Below are positions 1 through 13,351 of a stretch of 64,000 nt of DNA, piece by piece. Positions within the stretch are counted from its first letter, which is position 1, and each line of letters begins with the position of its first letter. Under the pieces are notes generated by a model that was not told where the DNA came from, did not search any database, and was given only the letters and a program-made list of their open reading frames with translations. The translations under genes were made by a program, and so were the position numbers. Source of the stretch: Malacoraja senta (taxonomy: Eukaryota); the NCBI GenBank assembly GCA_038087875.1, contig CM075999.1:4466001-4530000 (forward strand), given 5' to 3'.

Positions 1-746
1 GTTGTCTCAAAATATTAAATTTCAATACATCTGATTAATATCTGCATATCATTCTGCTAAATATAACCAGTTTCATGAATGCTTGATTTCACCCAGAATG
101 GATTTCAAATTTCCTCCAGGTTCAATCCATTTAGTATTGCGGGTTGCTAAATCCTATGAGTAACATGAAATTCAATGTTGAAGCAAGAATAGGTTTATCT
201 TCTGGGAATCCAGAGAATTACATTAAATCATCAAATTAATTTAACCTGTTGCTTGTAGCCATTTAAAGCATGTGGAAAAAATGCTCCTTTAAAAAAACAT
301 ATTATTACGTGCAATATAGATCGAAGGCTAAATTCTGCATTAATTTTAAGAGGCAAAAACTCAATTTTGGAAAAGATGTGAACAAATATGCATATGTATG
401 ACTCTGGAAAAATGAAGGAGTTGGGGTTATAGGGAGTCATAAGGGGCCGATAAATAATCTCAAACTGAAATAATTCCAATGTGATGTCATGGATGCATTT
501 TTCTCCAACATCTATTAATTCTGTTGCTTCAGAGGTGTTATATTCCGGACGGCAGAATGAAGAACTAGACTTACACGCAGGTTGCCTGGATCACGAGAGA
601 GAGATTTATTACCCATCATTCCTTGCTTATATTGAACACCAACTCATTAACATACACATGAATATGTATGAAAATATTAAAGGTTATGTTCAGCTATTGT
701 CATTCTGCAGCATATACACCCTTACATCCAACATAAACATACTCAC

Positions 747-993
<247 letters not shown>

Positions 994-1000
994 TCAAATA

Positions 1001-2625
1001 CCATGCCCTCCATAATCTTTGGGACAAACACCCATCATTTATTTATTTGCCTCTGTACTCCACAATTTGAGATTTGTAATAGAAAAAAAATCACATTTGG
1101 TTAAAGTGCACATTGTCAGATTTTAATAAAGGCCATTTTTATACATTTTGGTTGCACCATGTAGAAATGACAGCAGTGTTTATACATAGACCCCCATTTC
1201 AGGGCACCATAATGTTTGGGACACAGCAATGTCATGTAATTGAAAGTAGTTGTGTTTAGTATTTTGTTGCATATCCTTTGCATGCAATGACTGCTTGAAG
1301 TCTGTGATTCATGGACATCACCAGTGTCTTCTCTGGTGATGCTCGGCCAGGCCTGTATTGCAGCCATCTTTAGCTGATGCTTGTTTTGGGGACCAGTCCC
1401 CTTCAGTTTTCTCTTCAACATATAAAAGGCATGCTCAATTGGGTTCAGATCTTGTGATTGACTTGGCCACTCAAGAATTGACCATTTTTTTAGTTTTGAA
1501 AAACTCCTTTGTTGCTTTAGCAGTATGTTTGGGATCATTGTCACTGTAGAATGAACCACCGGCCAATGAGTTTTGAGGAGATAGGATGTGTCTATACACT
1601 TCAGAATTCATTATGCTACTACCATCAGCAGTTGTGTCATCAATGAAGATAAGTCAGCCAGTACCTTCAGCAGTCATACATGCCCAGGCCATAACACCCC
1701 CACCACTGTGTTTCACGGATGAGGTGGTATTCTTTGGATCTTGGGCAATTCCTTCTCTCCTCCATACTTTACTCTTGCCATCTCTCTGATATAAGTTAAT
1801 CTTCGTTTCATCTATCCACAAGACCTTTTTCCAGAACTGTGGTTGCTCTTTTAAGTACTTCTTGGCAATCTGTAAACTGGCTATCCTATTTTTGCGGCTA
1901 ACCAGTGGTTTGCATCTTGCAGTGTAGCCTCTGTATTTCTGTTCATGAAGTCTTCTGCGGACAGTGGTCATTGACAAGTCCACACCTGACACCTGAAGAG
2001 TGTTTCTGATCTGTCGGACAGGTGTTTGGGGATTTTTCTTTATTATAGAGATAATTCTTCTGTTATCAGCTGTGGAGGTCTTCCTTGGCCTGCCAGTCCC
2101 TTTGCGATTAGTAAGCTCACCAGTGCTCTCTTTCTTCTTAATGATGTTCCTAACAGTTGATTTTGGTAAACCTAAGGTTTAGCTGATGTTTCTAACAGTT
2201 TTATTCTTGTTTCTCAGTCTCACGATGGCTTCTTTGACTTTCATTGGCACAACTTTGGTCCTCATGTTGATAAACAGCAATAAAAGTTTCCAAAGGTGAT
2301 GGAAAGACTGGAGGAAAGACTAGGTGCTGAGAGCTCTCTTATACCTGCATTAAGGAGGCATTTAAACATATCTGAGCAATTACAAACACCTGTGAAGCCA
2401 TGTGTCCCAAACATTATGGTGCCCTGAAATGGGGGGACTATGTATGAACACAACTGTAATTTCTACATGGTGAAACCAAATTGTATAAAAATACCCTTTA
2501 ATAAAATCTGACAATGTGCACTTTAAACACATGTGGGTTTTTTCTATTACAAATTTCAAGTTATGGAGTACAGAGGCAAATAAATAAATGATGGGTCTTT
2601 GTCCCAAACATTATGGAGGGCACGG
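1001..2625 (-). mobile_element. Tc1 DNA transposon, IR/DR type, full length with decayed transposase
   Basis: TA on both sides. ~225-bp TIRs with inner and outer direct repeats cataatgtttgggaca. Transposase fragments VLWIDETKINLY, KHSGGGVMAW and WPSQSQDLNPIEH. Confidence 0.95.
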
Positions 2626-3641
2626 TATGAAATCAGAGGGACCAAATTTATTTGAAGGTGATTTTCATCTTTAAATATTTTAACTTATTTCAACTGCTTT
2701 CATCTTGAGTTAGTATAGCAGTACAGATGCACGCGAGTCAGAATAAGATAACATGCTTGTATTGCAGTGAAAGCAAACGATTATATGCTGCCTGCATATG
2801 TAGGGTATATGTAGGGTACTTTCTTTTACTTAATTTATTTTACACAAATACACAATAGAAAAACAATATTCCTCAATGTCTCCAGGAGGTTTTTCATTAA
2901 CTATATAATAAGACTAGACTAAGTGGGACACGTTGGGTCCCAGCATCACACGGGAGGGCTGGTCCCCCAATGCAATATTCCACCTCCACCAATTCAAATA
3001 TTGGTGGCCAGTGGGGGGGGGGGGGGGGGGGGCTTTCTGGAGCGCTAGTTTTGGTGTTGTAGGCTGAAGGGACTGGTTTCCAGAGAGCTAGTATGGACAT
3101 TGTGGGCCAAATGGATTCTTGGGCTGGCGGCTCAGTCACTCAAGCCTGCTGTGCTGGCAGCTCACTCACTCACGGCTGGTGGGCTGGCAGTTGACTCACG
3201 GCTATTCCTTGAAATTCCATTTCAAGCAGGGTGCAAGGCCACCAAATTCAAGTGCAGTTTCTTACCACTTCAAGCAGGGTGCAAGGCCACCAAATTCAAG
3301 TGCAGCTTCATACCATTTCAAGCAGGGTGCAAGGCCACTAAAGACAGCGGGTCGTGACCTCTCCCTCCTCCATCTTGCAGAGACTGAACCACGCCCACAC
3401 TTCTGGGTTTTATAGTCCCTCCCCCCTCCCACCAGAAGGGGCATGGCCTTCATGGCGTGATTGACAGGAGAGAGAATCTCAACATTTTTTAAACGCTAAT
3501 AATTCTTTTATTTTTCATTGATGGGAAACATCGTCGGCACCTGATGAGCGGAGGGGGACTGAGTAAGATGGCCAAAAATCACAGCCGTACGTGGTAGCGT
3601 TTTTTCTAAAATCAATATAAAGCGCAAACAGGAAGTGGTCA

Positions 3642-3862
3642 TAGAAACATAGAAAATAGGTGCAGGAGGAGGCCATTTGGCCCTTCGAGCCAGCACCGCC
3701 ATTCATTGTGATCATGGCTGATCGTCCCCTATCAATACCCCGTGCCTGCCTTCTCCCCATATCCCTTGACTCCACTAGCCCCTAGAGCTCTATCTAACTC
3801 TCTCTTAAATCCATCCAGTGACTTGGCCTCCACTGCCCTCTATGGCAGGGAATTCCATAAAT
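3642..3862 (-). mobile_element. CR1 3' fragment nested in the Helitron
   Basis: CR1 3' tail sequence, with TSD tggtca at 3636-3641 and 3863-3868. Confidence 0.85.
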
Positions 3863-3950
3863 TGGTCAAGATTAGGCTTTTAATTATATAGAAGGCAAGG
3901 CAACTTGAATTAGTCAAGGCTACTTTAATTAGGCAAGGCTACTTTAATTA

Positions 3951-4226
3951 GGCAACACAGCTTTAGCATTTCCAAACCAAAGGCAACACAGCTTTAGCAT
4001 TTCCAAACCAAAGGCAACACAGCTTTAGCATTTCCAAACCAAAGGCAACACAGCTTTAGCATTTCCAAACCAAAGGCAACACAGCTTTAGCATTTCCAAA
4101 CCAAAGGCAACACAGCTTTAGCATTTCCAAACCAAAGGCAACACAGCTTTAGCATTTCCAAACCAAAGGCAACACAGCTTTAGCATTTCCAAACCAAAGG
4201 CAACACAGCTTTAGCATTTCCAAACT
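3951..4226. repeat. 31-bp tandem repeat (~9 copies) inside the Helitron
   Basis: Unit aaaggcaacacagctttagcatttccaaacc. A ~48-bp repeat also occurs at ~3220-3340. Confidence 0.95.
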
Positions 4227-4769
4227 ATATTTTCAAACCACATTAAGGGCACTGACAGGTCAGTAAAACCACTCACAGTTTAGTAGACATGTGTTCAGTG
4301 TTATTCACAACTCAGACTGAGAGACGTGACCCTCTCGCTCCCCCATCTTGCAGAGACTGACTGAGGCACTCAAGACTTCCGGGTTTTATAGTCTCTCCGG
4401 AAAGGGCGTGGCCTTCAGGAGAGAGAATCTCAACATTTTTTAAACACTAATAACTCTTTTATTTTTCATCGATGGGAAAATCCTCTTGTCCTGCGCAGCG
4501 GAAGGGGATTCTGAGTAAGATGGCCAAAAATCACAGCCGTAAGTGGCAGCGTTTTTTCTAAAATCAATATACAGAACAGGAAGTGGTCAAAATCATACTT
4601 TTAGTAATATAGATATCTACAGCTAAATAGCAATCTAGGTGGAACAACTCAACTCTGAGGAGGGAAGCATTCCAACCAGTGAGAAGCAATGGTTATATAA
4701 TAGAAATGTCTATAAAAGATTGTGTCAAATAGTGATTTGGTTCACCAGGGTCTTCAATAAAAACAGAAT

Positions 4770-7700
4770 AATAGTAAGATTAAACGAGAACCTACCAGTT
4801 TGAAGTTTGATCTTTATGAGGAGTTATGGTGAGCGATTACGTGAAGAAGCCCCGCCAGTCCGCATGCGTATCAATCTTCAAAGCAGCGGTGTGAAATCAC
4901 AGATAACAGCAGTCGAAGTAACTTAGTAAGACTTAGAGAAGACTAGAACTACCAGATGATCTTTGCGATTATGAGGGCCGGGAGCGGAGGGCACGTAATC
5001 GCTCACCGTAACTCCTCATAAAATAAAGATCAAACTTCAAACTGGTAAGTTCTCGTTTAATCTTACTATTTTACTTCGGAGTCACGTGAGTGATTCAGTG
5101 AAGATTTCAAAGCTCTGTGATTTCATGCCGTGAGAAACAAGTCTCCACAACCACGGCTGCTTCATTGATGAGGGAAACATTCATAATGAATAAATAATAG
5201 TAACTCCTCTCATTCGGGAGTAACTAACCACTGAACCCAAGTAGAGTTGGCAAATATCCCTGGTCTGGCCATAGGTTATTATGAATTTTTCATAAATTCG
5301 TTTGCCCATCCTGCAGTCGCCAGGATGTGGTCCAGCGGAACGTACATAACCCTTGCTGCTGATATTGTAGCAGCCCTGGTGGAGTGAGACTCTAAATATA
5401 TCAGTATCTACTCCTGTATGAGCCAAGTCCTGTTTCAATCACCTGGGGATGGTCCTTTTAAAATACCCTTTTAAACGTTTTTTGTAATTATCAACATTGC
5501 TAGTTCCGAGCCTCTAAGCTCTTCGTGAACTTGACATATTGTTATATATGTGTGACCATAACCGAAGGTTCATGAGGTATGTCATGAAACTAATTTGAGA
5601 TTTCATGTCTACTCATGCCAAACATTAAAACATAATATTATTTGCAGATGTAATCATCCTATCCAGTCACAATATGTAGTAACTGAACCCGTTGGCTGAC
5701 CATGAGGATAACTACCTTATGAGAGCCGAGCCAACTAAGGATGTAGCTGGAGCCCCCTGGTGAAAATAGTGTTAATACCATATCAATATCCCATACTGAC
5801 TCTGTGCTTGTCCTGGGAGAACATATGTGAAAAATATTATTTATAACTCGATATTAGGGGGTGAAACCCTCCAGAGTGGGTCCCTATTGCTGCAGTAAAT
5901 AAGATGGGGAAAGCACGTTGGGCACAGTTAATGGTCCTATAACTTAATATTGTCAAAGACCCATTTGAAACGAACTCCAAGCTGTCAGTTATCTGTGCCG
6001 TATTAGATGTAACTTAAGTATTTAAACAACACTTCCCATTTCCTGAAGAGGAAATGTAATGCTTTCCTTTCTTGGTGCTATCCCTGCATTTGCAGTGAGC
6101 ACATACATGAATTGGACTGACAATTCGAGTCGCAGGAACGGTCCACTCAGAATCTATAAGTGAATAATTGATTTATCATGCAGAGGCTGGTTTCCCGATC
6201 CACAGGCTAAACCAACAAATTTTATGTTAAGAATAACCGTAAAAGGTTGTATTCTTATTCCCGACAAAGCGGGAAGTATAGCTGCATAGGTCAGTCAGAC
6301 AGAACGACAACCTAGAGCGGGATCTTGCTGACTTTATTGCAAGACCCGACTAATGAGGCAAAAATGAAGGGAGACAAACATAACTTCTTTCTCCTTTTAG
6401 CGAGAGTGTATTTTTTGCCACTGTTATGCCACACATTTTTGCAACCGGTAAATGAGCCTGGAAACATACATATCAATTCAGTATTCCATCGAGCCAAAAT
6501 TTCATTAAATGCTTTGTGATCCAACACCCATTTTGTGTTGTCATTGATTATACGTGATGATATTCCAACGTAAATTAGGTAAATTATTACAGGATATTCT
6601 GTCTTGATTGCACCCATGTGACTAACATACGCCATCATCATAGTGTATCAACTTAACGTTGGGCATGCAGATTATGCATATTCATTCAATAACCCTTTAA
6701 CCTATAGAATGCACCTAGTGTCTATAGGTAGTTTATACCAAGAACTGAATAATTGTTAATTGATGCAAATCTCCTCCGCCTCTCAACTAGATGCCATTCA
6801 TAATTTTCCACCTTAGAGCCCCATCAGTTATAATATAACTGAAATTTTACTGACCAGATTACTGGAGCAACGCTGAATACTGTTCGTCTACCATAATGAC
6901 CTTGGTAGTTTCAGCTGGTAATAGCATAATGTCTGTCACAAGACCTACATGGCATTTGAGATGACCACTCTGCACAGCTGAATTACAGCCCTTATATTGC
7001 CAATTATACTTAATGAATAGAAGGCTGTTTTATCACAACAAGATTGTTCGAGGCTCCTATTAATTCCAATCTCTTACCCCAGGGCGGAGTCACAGGCTAA
7101 TTAATGGTTAAAAGTAATCCCAATAATGAATAAATCTAATTGGTATAACCTTCATTTCCTTGACATAGTTTGAGGCTGAAACAGTTGTTTTGAACCACAT
7201 ACAGCGTTAGAATATCCTCCAGACATAACAAATGTCTTTGAGCTCTGAGCAGTCCAAGCACTGGTTTTAGTAAAGTGGTAAATAACCTGGGAACTGAAGG
7301 TAACCCATTTTGCAAAGTTTATTATTGCTTTATCCAGATAATTTTCAAAATGTCTCTGATGATCTCTGTAAATGGGAGCATCTTAAGGAAATCAGATGCG
7401 AAGTAAACAACATTCTGCATCTTTTCCACAATGGACAGGTCACGCCTGTGAATTCCGTACCTGCTCGAGCTACAATTCTGGCCCGTTTTCCGAGCTAGTC
7501 CCGAAAGCCATTCCTGCCCATAATACTGAGCCTGCCCTGAAAAACAACTCTGGACAATTTCTGTGCTTGGAACCTTAGCTTTGTGCAGCTTTACATGGTT
7601 AGATCTCATCCATTTGTGTGTTGTAAGGCCACTAGGACCCCTTTCATCCTTATCAAGGGAAAATGCTATTTCCATACAACACATAACCGAAACACATGTT

Positions 7701-9339
7701 ATCATTATCATTAGTACCAACAAGTGTAATTATTGTCAACTTGTAGATGGTCCCATATTTTCCCTGAGCCCGTATTGGGTCTCGGATTTTAAGACCTCTG
7801 TCCAGCTTTCATGCAGCCACCAACTTCAGTGAACTGTTTACTGTCAACGAAGGGGTGGGGTGTGCTGTTGCCGCAACGATGAAGCTTTGCTCTTTAATGG
7901 TACCTCAATTGGTCCGACAATTTTGCTTCTTTATCCAGGTTTTTACCTGTTGAATAGGTTTTACCTTAAGAGAAAGTTCAGCGGCTTATTTTAATGTCAC
8001 CCCTGAAGCGTTTTTATTCCCGTCATTTACAGCATGAGGGGAACTCTAGCTCCTTCCGGATATTTTCCACCTTCGTTTGCGAGGATTCCCTTGTGTCCAT
8101 ACACATTTATTCCAGTACGTTCCACAGACATGTTTTTAGAATTTTTTGAAGTTGGTTACACTGACCACTGGTACTCTCTTTCATAGAGAGAGGATTTTTG
8201 GACAGCCATGACCAGGTGCTGCAACCAGAGTTTCCTGAAGAGACTTTCGAATATAAAGCTCCCTTACTGGAGCATATCCTGCTGGAGCTGTGTCAACAGC
8301 CTTACTTGGCTTTATGCCTTGGGGTATGCTTTCCAATACCGCCAACCTCAGAGCCAACCTCTACCTCAGGATATAAAGCTCTTTTGCTGGAGCATGTCAT
8401 GCTGGAGCTATGCTCAAACAGCCTTTCTTGGCTTTATGCCTTGTGGTATGCTTTCCAATACTTCCAATCTCAGAATATAAAGCTCCTTGCTGGAGCAAAT
8501 CATGCTGGAGCTGCGCTCAAACAGTTTTCTTGGCTTTGTGCCTTGGGGTATGCTTTCCAATACCGCCAACCTCAGTGACAGAACAAAACTGCCCTGGTAG
8601 GCTCAACCTCCTTCATGAGGGAGACATAATGCAGCCTGTCTACATGTGCTGCTGCCGTGGTCCCCCAAGAAGGACCCGTGGATATAAGCTCCTGTTCCTG
8701 GAGCTGATTTTCTCTATATAGCACTTACCTGAAGCTGCTGCCACGGCCCTTGGGGTGACCTCTTGGGTATGAAGCTCCTCCTGAAGCCTGTCGTGTTGGA
8801 GCATCTCTTCTATCAGGTGCTCCATCTTACCAGACGTCCACAGACGTCGTTTTTATTGGGAGGTGTATCCTCCTGGCCCGATTCACGGGTTTGTTTTTGA
8901 GTGGCTCTTTTCCCCCCACCGGATTAGCCACGGTGCAGTCGGCACCCTAATACTGTAAGGACTAACCCCTCCACAGGAACCTCCGTGGTCTGGAAGTCGC
9001 TGACTGCCTTGTCAGCGGCTGGAGTAACGCACCCGACGTCCGCCGGGTCCCGCGTTTGCGGTCTGGACTTGGGTCTTTCCACAGCCCAATGCCGGTTTCC
9101 CCGCGGCTCAACCGGACAGCGCTACTATAGCCAGCAGGAAACCTCTGTAAGAGGAGGTTCCTGCAGGAAAAACACAACCTGGTAAGTATTGAAACTTACC
9201 TGCAGGTTTTTTACTTACCGCTGGCAGGAATGAGTTTGCCTGCCAGACCGGTGCCTCGCCAGTGCGGATGACGTAATGATACGCATGTGGACTGGCGGGG
9301 CTTCTTCACGGAATTACTCACGTGACTCCGAAGTAAAAT
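4770..9339 (-). mobile_element. DIRS1-like tyrosine-recombinase retrotransposon, full length with decayed ORFs
   Basis: Inverted terminal repeats at 4839-4872 / 9277-9310. Internal complementary region (ICR) 4992-5104 matches both termini joined. YR remnant SHSTRAATISAA...ILATAGW (~5300-5390). RT-like remnants ~7200-7400. Confidence 0.9.
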
Positions 9340-9408
9340 CCAGTTATGGAGGTGTGTTGATTATGATAAGGTGGGAAACTACATTAAAATGATTTGCAAT
9401 AAACAACT

Positions 9409-10094
9409 GAGGTAGACAAAAATGCTGGAGAAACTCAGCGGGTGAGGCAGCATCTATGGAGCGAAGGAATGGGTGAAGTTTTGGGTTGAGACTCTTCTTC
9501 AGACTGAGGAGGGGATGGGAGGGCGGGAAGAAGAAAGGAAGAGGCGGAGACAGTGGGCTGTGGGAGATCTGGGAAGGGGTGGGGAAAGAGGAAGAAAGCA
9601 GGGATTACCTGAAATTGGAGAAGTCAATGTCCATACCGCTGGGGTGTAAACTACCCAAGCGAAATATGAGGTGCTGCTCCTCCAATTTACGGTGGGACTC
9701 ACTCTGCCCATGGAGGCCCAGGACAGAAAGGTCGGATTCGGAATGGGAGGGGGAGTTGAAGTGCTGAGCCACCGGGAGATCAGGTTGGTTAATGCGAACG
9801 GAGCGGAAATGTTCGGCGAAGCGATCGCCAAGACTACGCTTGATCTCACCGACGTAGAGCAGCTGACACCTAGAGCAGCGGATGCAATAGATGAGGTTGG
9901 AGGAGGTGCAGGTGAACCTCTGCCACACCTGGAAAGACTGCTTGGGTCCTTGAATGGAGTCAAGGGGGGAGGTAAAGCGACCAGGGAGTTACGGAGGGAA
10001 CGGTCTCTGCAGAAAGCCGACAGGGGAGGAGATAGGAAGATGTAGCCAGTGGTGGGATCCCGTTAGAGGTGGCGAAAATGTCGGAGGATTATCT
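9409..10094 (-). mobile_element. Penelope-like element 3' part (GIY-YIG endonuclease and terminal repeat)
   Basis: ORF 9605-9928: FTCTSSNLIYCIRCSRCQLLYVGE...RFAEH...HFN...RKLEEQHLIFRLGSLHPSGMDIDF. Confidence 0.92.
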
Positions 10095-10329
10095 GTACAA
10101 CTAATAGCTAACATTTAATGAATAAATAACTTGCAACAAAAACTCCCCAAAGCACTCAGAGAATTTAAATATTAAGTAAATGATTTTAGACACACGAACA
10201 GCTGATGGAAAAGTACTCGAGAGCGGCAAGCCTGACAAGTGGGAAGGTGTGAAAGTTCAGCCAAGAAGGAACAAGACATTCATAAAGAAAAGGAAAGTGA
10301 TCTGCGAGTAATCTAATCAGAATCACAAC

Positions 10330-11551
10330 TAGGAAAATGGACAAGGGAGAGCCAGTGGATGTAGTGTACCTGGACTTTCAGAAAGCATTTGATAGGGTCC
10401 CACATAGATTAGTGGGCAAAATTAGGACACATGGTATTGGCGGTAGAATGCTGACATGGATAGAGAAGTGGTTGGCAGACAGGAAACAAAAAGTAGGGAT
10501 TAACGGGTCCCTTTCAGAATGGCAGGCAGCGACTAGTGGGGTACCGCAAGACTCGGTGCTGGGACCGCAGCTATTTACAATATACATCAATGATTTGGAT
10601 GAAGCGATTCAAAGTAACATTAGCAAATTTGCAGATGACACAAAGCTGGGTGGCAGTGTGAACTGTGAGGAGGATGCTGTGAGAATGCAGGGTGACTTGG
10701 ACAGGTTGGGGGAGTGGTAGATGAATGATAGATGAAGTTTAATGCGGATAAATGTGAGGTTATCCACTTTGGTAGCAAAAACAGGAAGGCAGATTACTAT
10801 CTAAATGCCGTCAAGTTGGGAAAAGGGGAAGTACAACGGGATCCAGGGGTCCTTGTACATCAGTCTATGAAAGTAAGCATGCAGGTACAGCAGGCAGTGA
10901 AGAAAGCGAATGGCATGTTGGCCTTTATAACTAGAGGAATCGAATATAGGAGCAAAGAGGTCCTTCTGCAGTTGTACAGAGCCCTAGTGAGACCACACCT
11001 GGAGTATTGTGTGCAGTTTTGGTCCCCTAATTTGAGGAAGGACATTCTTGCTATTGAGGGATTGCAACGTAGGTTTACAAGGTTAATTCCCAGGATGGTG
11101 GGACTGTCATATGCTGAGAGAATGGAGCAGCTGGGCTTGCAAACTCTGGAGTTTAGAAGGATGAGAGGCAATCTCATTGAAACATATAAGATTGTTAAGG
11201 GTTTGGACACGCTAGAGGCAGGAAACGTGTTCCCGATGTTGGGGGAGTCCAGAACCAGGGGCCACAGTTTAAGAATAAGGAGTAAGCCATTTAGAACGGA
11301 GACGAGGAAACACTTTTTCTCACAGAGAGTGGTCTGTGGAATTCTCTGCCTCAGAGGGCGATGGAGGCAGGTTCTCTGGATGCTTTCAAGAGAGAGCTAG
11401 ATAGGGCTCTTATAAATAGCGGAGTCAGGGGATATGGGGAGAAGGCAGGAACGGGGTACCGATTGGGGATGATCAGCCATGATCACATTGAATGGCGGTG
11501 CGGGCTCGAAGGGCCGAATGGCCTACTCCTGCACCTATTGTCTATTGTCTA
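10330..11551 (+). mobile_element. CR1 LINE, 5'-truncated
   Basis: RT motifs [13 protein letters not shown] and KFADDTK; C-terminal LVRPHLEYCVQFWSP; (ctattgt)n tail. Confidence 0.95.
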
Positions 11552-12141
11552 ACACCATGAGTGTTGTCAATCTGTTTTATGCAAAATAAAAAAATTAGCA
11601 AGTTAACTTGGGTTCTTTACAGACTGCCAGGAAGAGAAATTACACTAAGGTGTAAGGAAATGGCATAGAAATTAAACGAGTACTTTGTATCTGTTTTCAC
11701 GGAAGATGATTCAGAAAACATTGCGAATAGTGAGGGCTGCAGGATCAGATTAAACGGGAAAGAAATTAGAACTGTTGAAAATTGACTGGACTGAAAGGAT
11801 AAATTGCTAGGATCTGATTGCTTGTTCTGCGGATTCTGAACAGATGGTGAAAATGTTAATGCCATTGATATTTGAATAGTTCCCACTAGTCAAACTATAC
11901 CTACTTTTTTTTTAAAGAATGAGAGAGAAATCAGTGAATTAGTGATGCCAGAAGTAGCTAGGACATTAAAACAGCACACATTGCTAAAATTGTGCAGCTC
12001 AGCAGGACACGTGTATTTCAGTCCCTTACAATGAAAAACAACTTAACATTTAACTTCCCAATTGCTTTCTTAAATGCATATTTACTTTTTATATCTTGTG
12101 AGCTAGAAATTCATAATTTTTTTAATATCACATTTTTGTCA

Positions 12142-12393
<252 letters not shown>

Positions 12394-13351
12394 CTATAAC
12401 ACAAGGCCAAATTCAATGTGTAAGAAGGAACTGCAGATGCTGGCTTAAACCAAAGATAGACACATAAAAAGCCGGAGTAACTCAGTGGGACAGGCAGCAT
12501 CTCTGGAGACCCTTCTTCAGACTCCCAGTCCCATATGTGGATTTAAAATCTTTGAGGAAATGGGCGTGACCGATATCAAGATGGAAGATGGGGGATATGG
12601 GGAGAAGGCAGGGACGGGGTACTGATATGGCTATTATTTTCATACATTCTGCCGTCCCACAGCCTCAGAGTGTAATAACCTCTTTTCCTCAAAGACTCGT
12701 GGAAACAGAGTCTTTGACTATTTTAAGACAGAATTTGATTCATAATAAACAAACGGTGATTTAATTTTAATAGTCTGCAATAATAGTCTTTCAGTTTGTT
12801 AAGACACTGGACTCCGCTTGGTTCAACTAAAGCCTGTCTCAAGGATCACCCCCCCCCCTCCCCTTCCCCTCCCCCCCTTGCCTGAGTGCTTGTGTTAATG
12901 ACCAAGAGGAAACATGGAATTACACAGTGTGGAAACAGGCCCTTCGACTCAACTTGCCCACACCGACCAACATGCCCCATCTACACTAGACCCACCTGCT
13001 GGCGTTTCACCCATATCCCTCTAAACCTATCATATCCATGTACCTGTCTAAATGTTTCTTGAACATTGCGATAGTACTCGTCCCCACTACTCCCTCTGGC
13101 AGCTCGTTCCTTACCCCCATCCTTTGTGTAAAAATGTTACCCCTCATGGTCCTATTAAATCTTTATCTCCTCACTGTAAACCTATGTCCTCTGGTTCTCG
13201 ATTTCCCCTACTCTCAGCAAGAGACTCTGTGCATTTACCCAATTTATTCCTCTCCTAAGATCACCCCTCATTTTCCTGTGCTCAATCGAATAGAGTCCTA
13301 GCCTGCTCAACCTCTCTATAGCTTTGTTAGACTTCCCAAAATGCAACATTT

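Larger units (their letters stand above)
2914..4613 (-). mobile_element. Non-autonomous Helitron with internal tandem repeats
   Basis: Minus strand begins A|TCTATATTACTAAAAG and ends with hairpin tgggac...gtccca then CTAG|T. No TSD. Internal duplication ~3352-3640 / 4325-4589. Confidence 0.8.

Noticed and set aside
231..540. Minus-strand ORF with faint L1/Tx1 C-terminal resemblance (LFQFEIIYR)
   Set aside because: Too degenerate to call by eye.
575..585. Possible 11-nt microexon (cag|GCAACCTGCGT|gtaag, minus strand) as the next CCDC28B exon
   Set aside because: Splice signals and phase fit, but the peptide does not resemble the expected LEDLSNSI segment; unsupported without RNA data.
3951..4226. 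Regular ~30-bp repeats resembling a CRISPR array
   Set aside because: Head-to-tail units without spacers, eukaryotic context, no cas genes.
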